Origin: Afipia sp.
Lineage (GTDB): Bacteria; Pseudomonadota; Alphaproteobacteria; Rhizobiales; Xanthobacteraceae
Assembly: GCA_016201045.1 (NCBI GenBank)
Contig: JACQDM010000001.1
Coordinates: forward strand, 605,617-669,616
Reading direction: 5' to 3'
Length of the DNA: 64,000 nucleotides
This document shows positions 38,914 through 48,997 of the stretch, piece by piece (position 1 is the first letter of the stretch; every line of letters begins with the position of its first letter). The position numbers and the translations under genes were made by a program. A model generated the notes under the pieces. The model had not been told where the DNA came from. It was given only the letters and a program-made list of their open reading frames with translations, and did no database searches.

Positions 38914-38995
38914 GTCATCGCCGGGCTTGACCCGGTGATCCATCTAAAAAGAGGCTATTAAGAAGATGGATTGCCGGGTCAAGCCCGGCAATGAC
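38914..38995. repeat. REP/RIME-like inverted doublet
   Basis: GTCATCGCCGGGCTTGACCCGGTGATCCATCT ... AGATGGATTGCCGGGTCAAGCCCGGCAATGAC terminal inverted repeats. Confidence 0.9.
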
Positions 38996-39015
38996 AACGG
39001 GTTTATCGTCCAGCC

Positions 39016-40071
39016 TCAGCTTTTGCCGACAGCCGGTTGCGACAGATAAGCCAGCAATTTGACCTCGCGACGCCCGCGCGTCACCGTGTCCAGCACGAGG
39101 CCGGACGACACGCTGAGGACTGCAAGAATCATCAGGCCCATCGACAGAACAGCCGTCGGCAGGCGCGGCACGATGCCGAGTTCGAGGTAGGTCAATACAA
39201 TCGGGACCGCCAGGCCAACCGACATCGCTACGAAACAAGCGCCTATCAGACTGAAAAACCGGAGCGGCTTTTCGGAGCGATACAGTTTGAGAATGGTGCC
39301 GAGAATCCGCAAACCGTCCCGCCAGGTATTGAGCTTGCTGAACGACCCCTCCGGACGCGCATAGTATGGCGTCTCGATTTCCGCGACCGGCAGAGCCAAC
39401 TCAAGCGCATGAACGGTCAACTCGGTCTCGATCTCGAAACCATCCGATAACACCGGAAACGATTTGACGAAGCGCCGCGAGAAGACGCGGTACCCGGACA
39501 GAATATCCGTGAATGCCTGACCGAAAACCGACGCAAGAAAATTCGTCAGCATCCAGTTGCCGGTGCGGTGACCCGGACGGTACGCGGCCTGTTCCTGATC
39601 GACGCGGAAACCGACCACCATGTCGAGATGATCGTCCATCAATCGCGCGATCATCTTCGGCGCACTCGGCGCATCGTAAGTCGCGTCGCCATCGACCAGC
39701 ACGTAAATGTCGGCATCGATGTCCGCGAACATGCGGCGCACGACGTGGCCCTTGCCCTGACGGCGCTCGCTGCGGACTTCGGCACCGGCGTCGCGCGCCA
39801 CGGCGGTTGTGCGGTCCGAAGAATTGTTGTCGTAGACGTAGATCGCCGCGGTGGGCAGCGCCGCCTGAAAATCCGTGATGACTTTGCCGACCGCCGCTTC
39901 CTCGTTGTAGCAAGGTACCAAAACCGCGACTCGCGGCATCGCCGGGTCCGGCGCGGTGCGCCCGGATTCGACGAAGCGATTGAGCGCCTCGGCAAGTCCG
40001 GCCAGATCGCCGCGCATGCCGCCGGGACGCATGTCGGACAGCTGGCGTTTCAAATCGGATGCGACGCTCAT
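39016..40071 (-). CDS. Glycosyltransferase family 2 (polyprenol-phosphate glycosyltransferase-like)
   Basis: VLVPCYNE, YDNNSSD, GKG, VDGDATY, two C-terminal TM helices. Confidence 0.9.
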   Translation of the reverse strand: MSVASDLKRQLSDMRPGGMRGDLAGLAEALNRFVESGRTAPDPAMPRVAVLVPCYNEEAAVGKVITDFQAALPTAAIYVYDNNSSDRTTAVARDAGAEVRSERRQGKGHVVRRMFADIDADIYVLVDGDATYDAPSAPKMIARLMDDHLDMVVGFRVDQEQAAYRPGHRTGNWMLTNFLASVFGQAFTDILSGYRVFSRRFVKSFPVLSDGFEIETELTVHALELALPVAEIETPYYARPEGSFSKLNTWRDGLRILGTILKLYRSEKPLRFFSLIGACFVAMSVGLAVPIVLTYLELGIVPRLPTAVLSMGLMILAVLSVSSGLVLDTVTRGRREVKLLAYLSQPAVGKS

Positions 40072-40131
40072 GAATGGCCCTGAATCGATGGTTCTCAGGC
40101 CCGAACCATAGGGGCCGAAAACTAACGATCT

Positions 40132-40617
40132 CTAACTCCAGTCCTCCATTCGAGGCTGGTTTTGCAGGACTTCAGCGAGCCTTAACCGTGTGCCTCGCGT
40201 CGTGTCGGGGGGCAGATCGGCTGGATCGAAAAACCCGCAGGCCACGATCTCCCGGTTCGATTCCGGCACCTCAGCCTGCATGAACTCCCGGACAACATAG
40301 ACCGCAACATGGTCGCGCCGCGAAACCTTGCGGTTGAAGAACAGGCCATGCAACTGCGGCTCGCCGGTCATTTCAATGTTCCCCTCCTCCTTCAATTCGC
40401 GGGTCAGCGAATCGAGAAAGGTTTCGCCGGTCTCGACGCCTCCGCCGGGCAGATGCCAGCCGGAAACGTAGCTGTGCTGGACCAGAAACACGCGATTCTT
40501 TCCGTCGAGGACCACGCCGCGAACGCCGAGCGTCATGCCGCGTGAAAAGCGCCAATAGAAATGAAACACCCGGCGGATCAGCGGCTCGAATTTCCGCCGA
40601 AGCGATTGCAAGTTCAC
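40132..40617 (-). CDS. Nudix hydrolase
   Basis: WHLPGGGVETGE...RELKEEG Nudix box. Confidence 0.9.
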   Translation of the reverse strand: MNLQSLRRKFEPLIRRVFHFYWRFSRGMTLGVRGVVLDGKNRVFLVQHSYVSGWHLPGGGVETGETFLDSLTRELKEEGNIEMTGEPQLHGLFFNRKVSRRDHVAVYVVREFMQAEVPESNREIVACGFFDPADLPPDTTRGTRLRLAEVLQNQPRMEDWS

Positions 40618-40695
40618 GTCAGACAGCTCCGTTCGGCCTCAGACTCCTCGCGGCCGGTCTTGCATAGCATCAATCATCTTGCCAAACAGCAAGTC

Positions 40696-41595
40696 ATGAC
40701 GGCTTTCACGCTGGCACATCTCTCCGACCCGCATCTCGGCCCCATGCCGCAGGCGCTGTTGCGCGAACTCGCGAACAAGCGCGCCATCGGCTACCTGAAT
40801 TGGAAGCGAAAGCGGCACGCCGTCCATCGCAGCGAAGTTTTGGATGAGCTTGTTGCCGATATGCACGCGCAGACGCCCGGCCACATCGCGATCACAGGCG
40901 ATCTCGTCAACATCGCGCTGCCATTGGAATTTGCAGCGGCAAGGCAATGGCTGGAATCTGTCGGGTCACCGCAAGACATTTCATTGGTACCGGGCAATCA
41001 CGATGCCTATGTGAGCGGAATTCGCGAGCACTTTCCGACCGTGTGGGCCGACTACATGCGCGGCGACCGCGCAACGGCTACAGCGCCCGCGACTTTCCCG
41101 TTTTTGAGACGGCGCGGGCCGCTGGCATTGATCGGCGTTTCCACCGCTGTTCCTACAGCGCCTTTCATGGCCACGGGACGATTGGGGCGCGAGCAGCGGG
41201 AGGTGCTGGAACGGCAGCTTTCGCAGATCGCGGCTGAAGATGTTTTTTGCGTTCTCCTTATCCATCACCCGCCGGTTACATCGAAAGGCCGCTGGGCAGC
41301 GCGATTGCAGGACTCTAACGAGCTGCTATCGCTGATCGCGAAATATGGCGTCGATCTCGTGTTGCACGGTCACGATCATCGTCATGCCACCGTATGGCTC
41401 GACGGGCCGGACAAGAAAATTCCCGCGATCGGCGTGCCGTCAGCGTCCGCCATCGCGCGTGGACACAATCATCCGGCGGCATACAATCTTTTTTCAATAG
41501 AGAAAGAAGGAAACGGCTGGCGCTGCGATCATCGCGTGCGTGGATTCACCGGCAACATGGCGTTCGGCGAGATCAAGAACGAACGATTGATCTAG
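40696..41595 (+). CDS. Metallophosphoesterase (calcineurin-like)
   Basis: SDPH, TGDLVN, PGNHD, HHPP, LHGHDH. Confidence 0.92.
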   Translation: MTAFTLAHLSDPHLGPMPQALLRELANKRAIGYLNWKRKRHAVHRSEVLDELVADMHAQTPGHIAITGDLVNIALPLEFAAARQWLESVGSPQDISLVPGNHDAYVSGIREHFPTVWADYMRGDRATATAPATFPFLRRRGPLALIGVSTAVPTAPFMATGRLGREQREVLERQLSQIAAEDVFCVLLIHHPPVTSKGRWAARLQDSNELLSLIAKYGVDLVLHGHDHRHATVWLDGPDKKIPAIGVPSASAIARGHNHPAAYNLFSIEKEGNGWRCDHRVRGFTGNMAFGEIKNERLI

Positions 41596-42146
41596 AGTCC
41601 GCGCATCGACATTAGCATCGCCGCACCGAACAGGCCGGCAACGCCGACGAGTACGCCGAGGACGAACAACCAGAATCCGCCGCGGCGCTTGACCGGAGCG
41701 GCAACCGGCTGCTTCGGAGCCGTCGGGACGACCAGCGCATGCTCACGCTCGATCATGCGGCGGGCGATGTAGTCGGTCACAGCATCGACCATCACCGGCA
41801 CGTCGTGAGATTCGGCCAGTACGGTGCGGCCGAAACGGGTGTCCTGCACAAAGCGATAAATCCGCTTGTCGCGACCCATCGAAATGTGGGCAACCGCGTC
41901 GATCCAGAGCCGCGGCGTGTCGCCCTGGCTGATACCGCGATCGAAAAGGTCGACGTCGGCCGGAATTTCGGTGAACAGCGGATCAAGCGCTTCCGACATA
42001 ATTTCAAGCCGCGCGACTTCGGCGTCGCGCAGGTCCACGACCACACCCGTGCGGTCGGCAGCCTCGATGCGGGCCTTGCGCAGGGCATCGCGCAGCCGGG
42101 GGGTTTCCCCGGTGGCCGGATTGCTCTCTGCGTTCTGATCGGACAT
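41592..42146 (-). CDS. Conserved hypothetical protein with a C-terminal TM helix
   Basis: PRLWIDAVAH...YRFVQDTR.GR pattern; typical codon usage. Confidence 0.75.
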   Translation of the reverse strand: MSDQNAESNPATGETPRLRDALRKARIEAADRTGVVVDLRDAEVARLEIMSEALDPLFTEIPADVDLFDRGISQGDTPRLWIDAVAHISMGRDKRIYRFVQDTRFGRTVLAESHDVPVMVDAVTDYIARRMIEREHALVVPTAPKQPVAAPVKRRGGFWLFVLGVLVGVAGLFGAAMLMSMRGL

Positions 42147-42173
42147 CGCTTGCGTGCCTTTGTTCCTATCCCC

Positions 42174-42189
42174 TTAACCTATCAGTAAC
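42174..42189. promoter_or_regulatory. CtrA-box-like site
   Basis: TTAA-cctatca-GTAAC versus TTAA-N7-TTAAC (1 mismatch), 28 nt upstream of the 42146 ATG. Confidence 0.5.
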
Positions 42190-42228
42190 TTTTCGGCCCG
42201 CAAGGGCGGGGAAACACGGCCGAAGGCC

Positions 42229-42264
42229 AAAAAAGAGCCCCATCCGGGGGTCCGGACGGGGCTT
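42229..42264 (-). terminator. Rho-independent terminator of aceA-DUF4170
   Basis: Minus strand AGCCCCGTCCGG-accc-CCGGATGGGGCT followed by CTTTTTT. Confidence 0.75.
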
Positions 42265-42311
42265 GAGAGTTTAGGGCGGAGCGACGAACTCCGCCCGGGA
42301 GCTGAATGCGA

Positions 42312-42518
42312 TCAGGCGATGGCGCGCTGGGGCTCTTCGACGATCGAGAAGCGCACGCCGGCACGGTGACGGTTTTTCTCCGACACTTCCTTCCAGCAGT
42401 CTTCGGCTTCCTTGCGGGTCTTGAACGGACCCTGGACCTGCGCCGAGCCTTCCACGAGCTTGTGGAAGTTCATCGAGCCGAACTCGCCGCCAATCACCCA
42501 GAAATTGCTGCCGCTCAT
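42312..42518 (-). CDS. DUF4170 family small protein
   Basis: WVIGGEF.S..F, GPF, R..I pattern; SD AAGGAGG. Confidence 0.75.
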   Translation of the reverse strand: MSGSNFWVIGGEFGSMNFHKLVEGSAQVQGPFKTRKEAEDCWKEVSEKNRHRAGVRFSIVEEPQRAIA

Positions 42519-42547
42519 GTGAGCCTCCTTCAGTTGAAAGTCGGTCG

Positions 42548-44185
42548 TTAGCCGAACTGGTTCATCGTATTGTGAGCGCCGCCCGCCTTGAGAGCCGCTT
42601 CACCCGCGAAGTATTCCTTGTGGTCGTCACCGATGTCGGAGCCGGCCATGTTCTGGTGCTTCGCGCAGGCGATGCCTTGGCGAATTTCCGCACGCTGAAC
42701 GTTCTTGACGTATCCGAGCATGCCCTGGTCGCCGAAATATTCCTTCGAGAGGTTGTCGGTCGACAGCGCAGCCGTGTGATAGGTCGGCAACGTAATCAGG
42801 TGGTGGAAGATGCCGGCGCGCTTGGACGCGTCCGCCTGGAAGGTGCGGATGCGTTCGTCGGCTTCCTTAGCCAGCGGCGTGTCGTCATATTCGACCTTCA
42901 TCAGGTCGGCGCGATTGTACTTGCTGACGTCCTTACCCTCTGCCTTCCACGCGTCGTAAACCTGCCAGCGGAAGTTCAGCGTCCAGTTGAACGACGGCGA
43001 GTTGTTGTAAGCGAGCTTTGCATTCGGAATGACCTTGCGGATGCGATCGACCATTCCAGCAACCTGTTCGATATGCGGCTTCTCGGTTTCGATCCACAGC
43101 AGGTCAGCACCGTTCTGCAGCGAGGTGATGCTGTCGAGCACACAGCGATCTTCGCCCGTGCCGGCACGGAATTGATACAGATTGCTCGGCAGACGCTTTG
43201 GACGAAGCAGCTTGCCGTTGCGGCTGATGATGACATCGCCGTTGCCGACCTTCGATGCGTCGACTTCGTCGCAATCGAGGAAGCTGTTGTACTGATCGCC
43301 AAGATCGCCCGGCTTCTGGCTGACAGCGATCTGCTGCGTCAAACCAGCGCCCAGTGAGTCGGTGCGGGTGACGATGATGCCGTCTTCGACGCCGAGTTCG
43401 AGGAATGCGTGGCGGCATGCACGTATCTTCGCAAGGAAGACGTCATGCGGAACGGTCACCTTGCCGTCCTGATGGCCGCACTGCTTCTCGTCCGACACTT
43501 GATTTTCGATCTGAAGCGCACCTGCGCCCGCTTCGATCATCTTCTTGGCGAGCAGATAGGTTGCCTCGGCATTGCCGAAGCCCGCGTCGATGTCGGCGAT
43601 GACCGGAACAACATGGGTCTGGAAGTTGTCGATCTTTTCGATCGCCTTTGCTTCCTTCGCCTTGTCGCCAGCCTCACGCGCAGCGTCGAGCTCGCGGAAG
43701 ATGTCGTTGAGTTCACGCGAGTCGGCCTGACGCAGGAACGTATAAAGTTCCTCGATCAAAGCTGGCACCGAGGTCTTCTCATGCATCGACTGATCGGGTA
43801 GCGGCCCGAACTGCGAGCGCAGCGCCGCGATCATCCAGCCCGACAGATACAGATAGCGGCGGTCGGTCTTGCCGCCGAAATGCTTCTTGATCGAGATCAG
43901 CTTCTGCTGGGCAATAAAGCCGTGCCAGCAGCCGAGCGACTGGGTGTACTTGGTCGGGTCCGCGTCGTAGGCGGCCATATCCGCGCGCATCAGCGCAGCG
44001 GTGTAACGCGCAACGTCCAGACCCGTCTTGAAACGGTTCTGCAGGCGCATGCGTGCGACCGCCTCGGCGGTGACGCCATTCCAAGTCGGCTTGTCCTTGA
44101 GCAGGGCTTCGGCAGCCTTGATCTCGCTCTGATAGGACGACGGGCCTTGGATTGCGTATTCGGTGTTGCGCGTCTGGTAATTCAT
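42548..44185 (-). CDS. aceA: Isocitrate lyase (long form)
   Basis: LYLSGWM, PVIADIDAGFG, QIENQVSDEKQCGHQDGK, LWIET, YNNSPSFNW. Confidence 0.96.
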   Translation of the reverse strand: MNYQTRNTEYAIQGPSSYQSEIKAAEALLKDKPTWNGVTAEAVARMRLQNRFKTGLDVARYTAALMRADMAAYDADPTKYTQSLGCWHGFIAQQKLISIKKHFGGKTDRRYLYLSGWMIAALRSQFGPLPDQSMHEKTSVPALIEELYTFLRQADSRELNDIFRELDAAREAGDKAKEAKAIEKIDNFQTHVVPVIADIDAGFGNAEATYLLAKKMIEAGAGALQIENQVSDEKQCGHQDGKVTVPHDVFLAKIRACRHAFLELGVEDGIIVTRTDSLGAGLTQQIAVSQKPGDLGDQYNSFLDCDEVDASKVGNGDVIISRNGKLLRPKRLPSNLYQFRAGTGEDRCVLDSITSLQNGADLLWIETEKPHIEQVAGMVDRIRKVIPNAKLAYNNSPSFNWTLNFRWQVYDAWKAEGKDVSKYNRADLMKVEYDDTPLAKEADERIRTFQADASKRAGIFHHLITLPTYHTAALSTDNLSKEYFGDQGMLGYVKNVQRAEIRQGIACAKHQNMAGSDIGDDHKEYFAGEAALKAGGAHNTMNQFG

Positions 44186-44343
44186 TTGTCCCTCACATTC
44201 GTGACACTGCGTCTGCGAAACGTGACGGAAGATAAACGCCGGAATCAGTTATTCGTACAGATAGCTTGTAATTGAATGGTGATATGTTGTATCATCACGA
44301 CATGTCACAGATGTTATTTTGTAATTTTTGTCACAAATAGCCT

Positions 44344-45792
44344 ATGGCCGACACAGGAAAAAAGCTGTTTGTGGGTCCCCGCTTCCGGCGGATACGGCAG
44401 CAGCTGGGTGTGTCGCAGACCCAGATGGCCGAGGCGCTGGGGATTTCCCCAAGCTATATCAACCTCATAGAACGCAATCAGCGCCCGGTTACGGCGCAGA
44501 TATTGCTGCGGCTGGCCGAGACCTACGACCTCGATTTACGCGATCTTGCGACCGCCGACGAAGATCGCTTCTTCGCCGAGCTCAATGAAATCTTCTCCGA
44601 CCCCCTGTTCCGGCAGATCGACCTGCCCAAGCAGGAGCTGCGCGACCTCGCCGAACTTTGCCCCGGCGTCACCCATTCCCTGCAACGGCTTTACGCGGCC
44701 TATACCGAAGCCCGCCGCAGCGAGACGATGGTCGCAGCGCAATTCGCGGACCGCGATGAGGGCGTAGGCGCGCGCTACGAGGGCAATCCGATCGAGCGGG
44801 TGCGCGACCTGATCGAAGCCAATCGCAATTATTTTCCCGAACTGGAAACAGCAGCCGAGAAGCTGTGCGACGGCATCGATCTTTCCTCGCAGGATCTGTT
44901 TACGGCGCTCTCCACGCGGTTGCGCGAGAAGCATTCGACCGTCGTGCGGATCATGCCTGTCGATGTCATGCGCGAGACGTTGCGCCGCTGGGACCGCCAT
45001 CGCCGGCAGCTGCTGATCTCCGAACTGGTCGATGCGCCCGGCCGCGCCTTCCAGCTCGCGATCCAGATCGCGCTTTCGGAGAACGGTACCGTCATCGACA
45101 GCATTGTCGCGCGCGGCGGCCCGCTCGACGATACGCCGCGCAGGCTTTACCGCATCACACTGGCAAACTATTTCGCGGCGGCCGTGATGATGCCCTATCA
45201 GGCGTTTCATTCTGCCGCCGAAGCACTCGGTTACGACCTGCAGGTGCTGGGACAGCGCTTCAATGTCGGCCTCGAGCAGATTTGCCACCGGCTGACCACG
45301 CTGCAACGGCCGAACGCGCGCGGTGTGCCGTTCTTCATGCTGCGTGTCGACAACGCCGGTAACGTCTCCAAGCGATTTTCGTCGGGCACGTTTCCGTTCT
45401 CGAAATTCGGCGGGACATGCCCGTTGTGGAACGTGCACTCGACGTTCGACACACCAGACCGGATGCTGCAGCAGGTTGTCGAATTGCCGGATGGCAGCCG
45501 TTACTTCTCGATTGCGCAGATGCTGCGGCGTCCTGCCGCGCCTTATCCGCAGCCGCAGCCGCGCTTTGCGATCGGGCTTGGCTGCGAAATACGCCATGCT
45601 TCGAAGCTCGTTTACGCCAGCGGTCTCGATCTCGAAAAGGTTCAGGGAACGCCGATTGGCGTGAATTGCCGTCTGTGCGAGCGGGAGAACTGCAGCCAGC
45701 GGGCCGAGCCGCCGTTGACCCGCACCTTGATCCTCGACGAGAATACGCGCCGCGTGTCGTCGTTCTCGTTCAGCAATGCGCGGGAATTGTAG
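44344..45792 (+). CDS. XRE-family short-chain fatty acyl-CoA regulator (RamB/ScfR type)
   Basis: HTH (GISPSYINLIERNQRP), IrrE-like middle domain, RVDNAGNVSKRFS, GGTCPLWNVH, IGVNCRLCERENCSQRA; divergent from aceA. Confidence 0.9.
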   Translation: MADTGKKLFVGPRFRRIRQQLGVSQTQMAEALGISPSYINLIERNQRPVTAQILLRLAETYDLDLRDLATADEDRFFAELNEIFSDPLFRQIDLPKQELRDLAELCPGVTHSLQRLYAAYTEARRSETMVAAQFADRDEGVGARYEGNPIERVRDLIEANRNYFPELETAAEKLCDGIDLSSQDLFTALSTRLREKHSTVVRIMPVDVMRETLRRWDRHRRQLLISELVDAPGRAFQLAIQIALSENGTVIDSIVARGGPLDDTPRRLYRITLANYFAAAVMMPYQAFHSAAEALGYDLQVLGQRFNVGLEQICHRLTTLQRPNARGVPFFMLRVDNAGNVSKRFSSGTFPFSKFGGTCPLWNVHSTFDTPDRMLQQVVELPDGSRYFSIAQMLRRPAAPYPQPQPRFAIGLGCEIRHASKLVYASGLDLEKVQGTPIGVNCRLCERENCSQRAEPPLTRTLILDENTRRVSSFSFSNAREL

Positions 45793-45829
45793 ATCGCACG
45801 CCATCGAATTTCCCTCAAGCCGGTGAACC

Positions 45830-47053
45830 ATGCTGTCACGCGCCTTCAGATTGTTACTTGCTGCCGCATCGGCTTCATTCCTTGTCACCGACGCATTTGC
45901 GCAAACTCAGGCCTGCCGCGCGGGAACGAGCTTCGACCGCTTTCTTGCTGAGCTGAAGCAGGATGCCGCCAAGGAAGGCGTGTCGCAACGTGCCATCGCG
46001 AGCGCCTCCCCATTCCTCGTCTACGATCCCTCCATCGTCAATCGCGACCGCGGCCAGCGCGTTTTCGGCCAGATCTTCACTGAGTTTTCCGGCCGTATGG
46101 CGTCCGAAGGCCGCCGCGTGAAGGGGCAGCAGCTGATCCAGCAGTACGGGCAGTATTTCTCGCGCGCGGAAAAAGAATACGGCGTGCCTGCTCCGGTCAT
46201 CACTGCGTTCTGGGCACTGGAAAGTGACTTCGGTGCCGTGCAAGGCAAGCTGTCGACTCTGCGCTCACTTGTGACCCTCGCTTATGATTGTCGCCGCTCG
46301 CAGATGTTTCATGACGAGACCATCGCGGCCTTGAAGATCGTGGATCGCGGCGATCTCGCGCCGGATCAGATGATCGGCTCATGGGCCGGCGAACTCGGTC
46401 AGACACAGTTTCTGCCCGGACATTATTTCAACTACGCGGTCGACTATGACGGCGATGGGCGCCGCGATCTGCTGCACAGCGCCCCGGACGTGATCGGCTC
46501 GACGGCCAACTACATCGCAACGGGTCTGAAGTGGCGGCGCGGCGAACCGTGGCTGCAGGAAATCCGCGTGCCTCCGAATTTGCCGTGGGAAAAAGCCGAT
46601 CTCACCGTCAAGCTGCCGCGCTCGCAATGGGCGCAGTATGGTGTAACGCTCGCCGACGGACGACCCTTGCCGAAGGACGACATGCCGACATCGGTTTTGC
46701 TGCCGATGGGACGCACCGGCCCGGCATTTCTCGCCTATTCAAATTTCGGCGCATACACCGAATGGAACAATTCGCTGATCTACGCGACGACTGCCGCCTA
46801 TCTCGCGACCCGCATTGCGGGTGCAAAACCGATGACCAAGCCCGTGACGCCGGTCGTGCAGTTGCCGTTCGAGCAGATCAAGGAACTGCAACAGCTTCTC
46901 GCGCGTCAGGGCTTTAATGTCGGTAAGATCGACGGCGTGCTCGGCCAGCAAAGCCGCATCGCGGTGAAGACCGTGCAGGTCAAATACGGCCTGCCCGCCG
47001 ATTCGTGGCCGACGGAAGAGCTGCTGTCGCGGATGCGCGGTACGCCACGCTGA
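45830..47053 (+). CDS. Lytic murein transglycosylase (MltB family) with a C-terminal PG-binding domain
   Basis: WALESDFG, GSWAGELGQTQFLP, DYDGDGRRDL, C-terminal LQQLL..GF..GKIDG. Confidence 0.92.
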   Translation: MLSRAFRLLLAAASASFLVTDAFAQTQACRAGTSFDRFLAELKQDAAKEGVSQRAIASASPFLVYDPSIVNRDRGQRVFGQIFTEFSGRMASEGRRVKGQQLIQQYGQYFSRAEKEYGVPAPVITAFWALESDFGAVQGKLSTLRSLVTLAYDCRRSQMFHDETIAALKIVDRGDLAPDQMIGSWAGELGQTQFLPGHYFNYAVDYDGDGRRDLLHSAPDVIGSTANYIATGLKWRRGEPWLQEIRVPPNLPWEKADLTVKLPRSQWAQYGVTLADGRPLPKDDMPTSVLLPMGRTGPAFLAYSNFGAYTEWNNSLIYATTAAYLATRIAGAKPMTKPVTPVVQLPFEQIKELQQLLARQGFNVGKIDGVLGQQSRIAVKTVQVKYGLPADSWPTEELLSRMRGTPR

Positions 47054-47147
47054 TTGTCAATCGTTTCCTGCGGGTTGCGGCCTTAACCTCGGCTTCCTAC
47101 GTTTGCGGTCCTGTATTTGAAAGACCCCGCATCACGAGGAAACATCC

Positions 47148-47651
47148 ATGTCGTTTTACGAAGGTTCTGCGCCGGTTTTCGAGCGCCAGCTGACGGCGTT
47201 GTCCGCCATTCTCGACAAGGCCGAGGCCTACGCCAAAGAGAAGAATATCGACCCGAGCGTGCTTCTGAACGCACGGCTGCATCCGTCGATGTATCCGCTC
47301 ACCCGCCAAATCCAGCTCGCTTGTGACTTCTCCGGCAAAGCGTGCGCGCGTTTCACGCAGACCGAACTGCCTTCGATGCCGGACACCGAAACGACGTTCG
47401 AGCAACTGCAAACGCGGATCAAGAAAGTGCTTGGCAACATCAAGGCACTGCCCGCCGCGAAGTATCAAGGCGCGGAAAAACGTGACATTACGTTTCCGGT
47501 CGGGCCCGACAAGACGATGACGCTCACGGGCCAACAGTTTCTCAACCACTCCGTCTTTCCGAATTTCTTCTTCCATTGCGCCACCGCCTACGACATTCTT
47601 CGGCACAATGGCGTCGAATTGGGCAAACGCGATTTTCTCGGCGTCGCATAA
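47148..47651 (+). CDS. DUF1993 family protein
   Basis: RLHPSMYPL..QIQ.ACD, PNFFFH.ATAYDILRHNGVELGKRDF. Confidence 0.9.
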   Translation: MSFYEGSAPVFERQLTALSAILDKAEAYAKEKNIDPSVLLNARLHPSMYPLTRQIQLACDFSGKACARFTQTELPSMPDTETTFEQLQTRIKKVLGNIKALPAAKYQGAEKRDITFPVGPDKTMTLTGQQFLNHSVFPNFFFHCATAYDILRHNGVELGKRDFLGVA

Positions 47652-47827
47652 AGCTGCCGGATGCGGCCGGAAGAGAAATCATCTCTTTCGGTTGCCGTTT
47701 GGCGAATGTTGTTTTCGCCCGATAGCACTTCGCTGCATGACTGCTCTGTTCAACGTCGTGTGACTTGAAGCCATCGCAGCAGGCCTTTACATGCAGTTGC
47801 ATCGACATCGACTGCACTGGAAAGACC

Positions 47828-48928
47828 ATGACAGCTTCAAAACTTTTTGAATCCTACAAGCTCGGCCCGATCACTCTTGCAAATCGCGCGGTGATGGCGC
47901 CGCTGACGCGCAATCGAGCGGTCGCAGGCCTCGTTCCCAATCCTCTCGCGGTCGACTACTACGGCCAGCGTGCATCGGCAGGGCTCCTCATCACCGAAGC
48001 CAGTCAGGTGTCGCAGCAGGGCCAGGGCTATCAGGACACGCCCGGCATCTACTCGAAGGAACAGATCGCGGGCTGGCGCAAGGTCACTGGCCGCGTGCAT
48101 GAACGCGGCGGCAAGATTTTTCTCCAGCTCTGGCATGTCGGACGGATTTCTCACGTCGATTTGCAGGAAAACGGACAAGCGCCGGTTGCACCGTCTGCCA
48201 TTCGAGCCAAGGGCAAGACATTCGTCGGCGGTACGTTTGCCGATGTTTCGGAGCCGCGCGCGCTCGAACTGAGCGAAATTCCCGGCATCGTCGATTCGTT
48301 CAAGCGCGGTGCATCGAACGCGATCGAGGCGGGATTTGACGGCGTCGAAATTCACGGCGCGAACGGTTACCTGCTCGATCAGTTCGCGAAGGACGGTTCG
48401 AACAAGCGCACGGATGCTTACGGCGGCTCGATTGAGAATCGCGCCAAGCTGATGCTGGAAGTCTCGAAGGCCGTTTCTTCGGCAGTCGGGGCCGAGCGAA
48501 CCGGCATCCGCATTTCCCCGGTTACGCCAGCGAACGACGTATCCGACAGCAATCCCCAGCCGCTGTTCGACCACATCGTCGATGGATTGAACGCGCTGAA
48601 GCTCGTCTACATCCATGTCATCGAAGGTGCGACCGGCGGTCCGCGCGACATCGCTCCGTTCGATTACGACAGCCTGCGCAAGCGCTTCAAAGGCACTTAC
48701 ATCGCCAACAATGGCTACGATTTCAAATTGGCGAATGAGCAGTTGAACGCGAACAAGGCCGACCTGATTGCGTTCGGCAAGCTGTTCATCTCCAATCCAG
48801 ATCTCGTCGAACGCCTGAAGCTCGGCGCGTCGCTGAACGAGCCCGACAAGGCGACGTTCTATGGCGGCGGCGCGAAGGGCTATACCGATTATCCCAAGCT
48901 CGCCGAAGCCAAGGCTCCGGCGGCCTAA
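47828..48928 (+). CDS. Old yellow enzyme / NemA-like alkene reductase
   Basis: MAPLTR, YYGQRASAG, QLWHVGR, EIHGANGYLLDQF, FISNPDL, YTDYP. Confidence 0.93.
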   Translation: MTASKLFESYKLGPITLANRAVMAPLTRNRAVAGLVPNPLAVDYYGQRASAGLLITEASQVSQQGQGYQDTPGIYSKEQIAGWRKVTGRVHERGGKIFLQLWHVGRISHVDLQENGQAPVAPSAIRAKGKTFVGGTFADVSEPRALELSEIPGIVDSFKRGASNAIEAGFDGVEIHGANGYLLDQFAKDGSNKRTDAYGGSIENRAKLMLEVSKAVSSAVGAERTGIRISPVTPANDVSDSNPQPLFDHIVDGLNALKLVYIHVIEGATGGPRDIAPFDYDSLRKRFKGTYIANNGYDFKLANEQLNANKADLIAFGKLFISNPDLVERLKLGASLNEPDKATFYGGGAKGYTDYPKLAEAKAPAA

Positions 48929-48945
48929 GACGGGCGACCAAAGCA

Positions 48946-48975
48946 AAAAGGCCGGGATCAGGTCCCGGCCTTCTT
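48946..48975. terminator. Bidirectional terminator
   Basis: AAGGCCGGGA-N5-TCCCGGCCTT between convergent genes. Confidence 0.8.
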
Positions 48976-48997
48976 CGCATCTGAGTTCCCGGATGAT

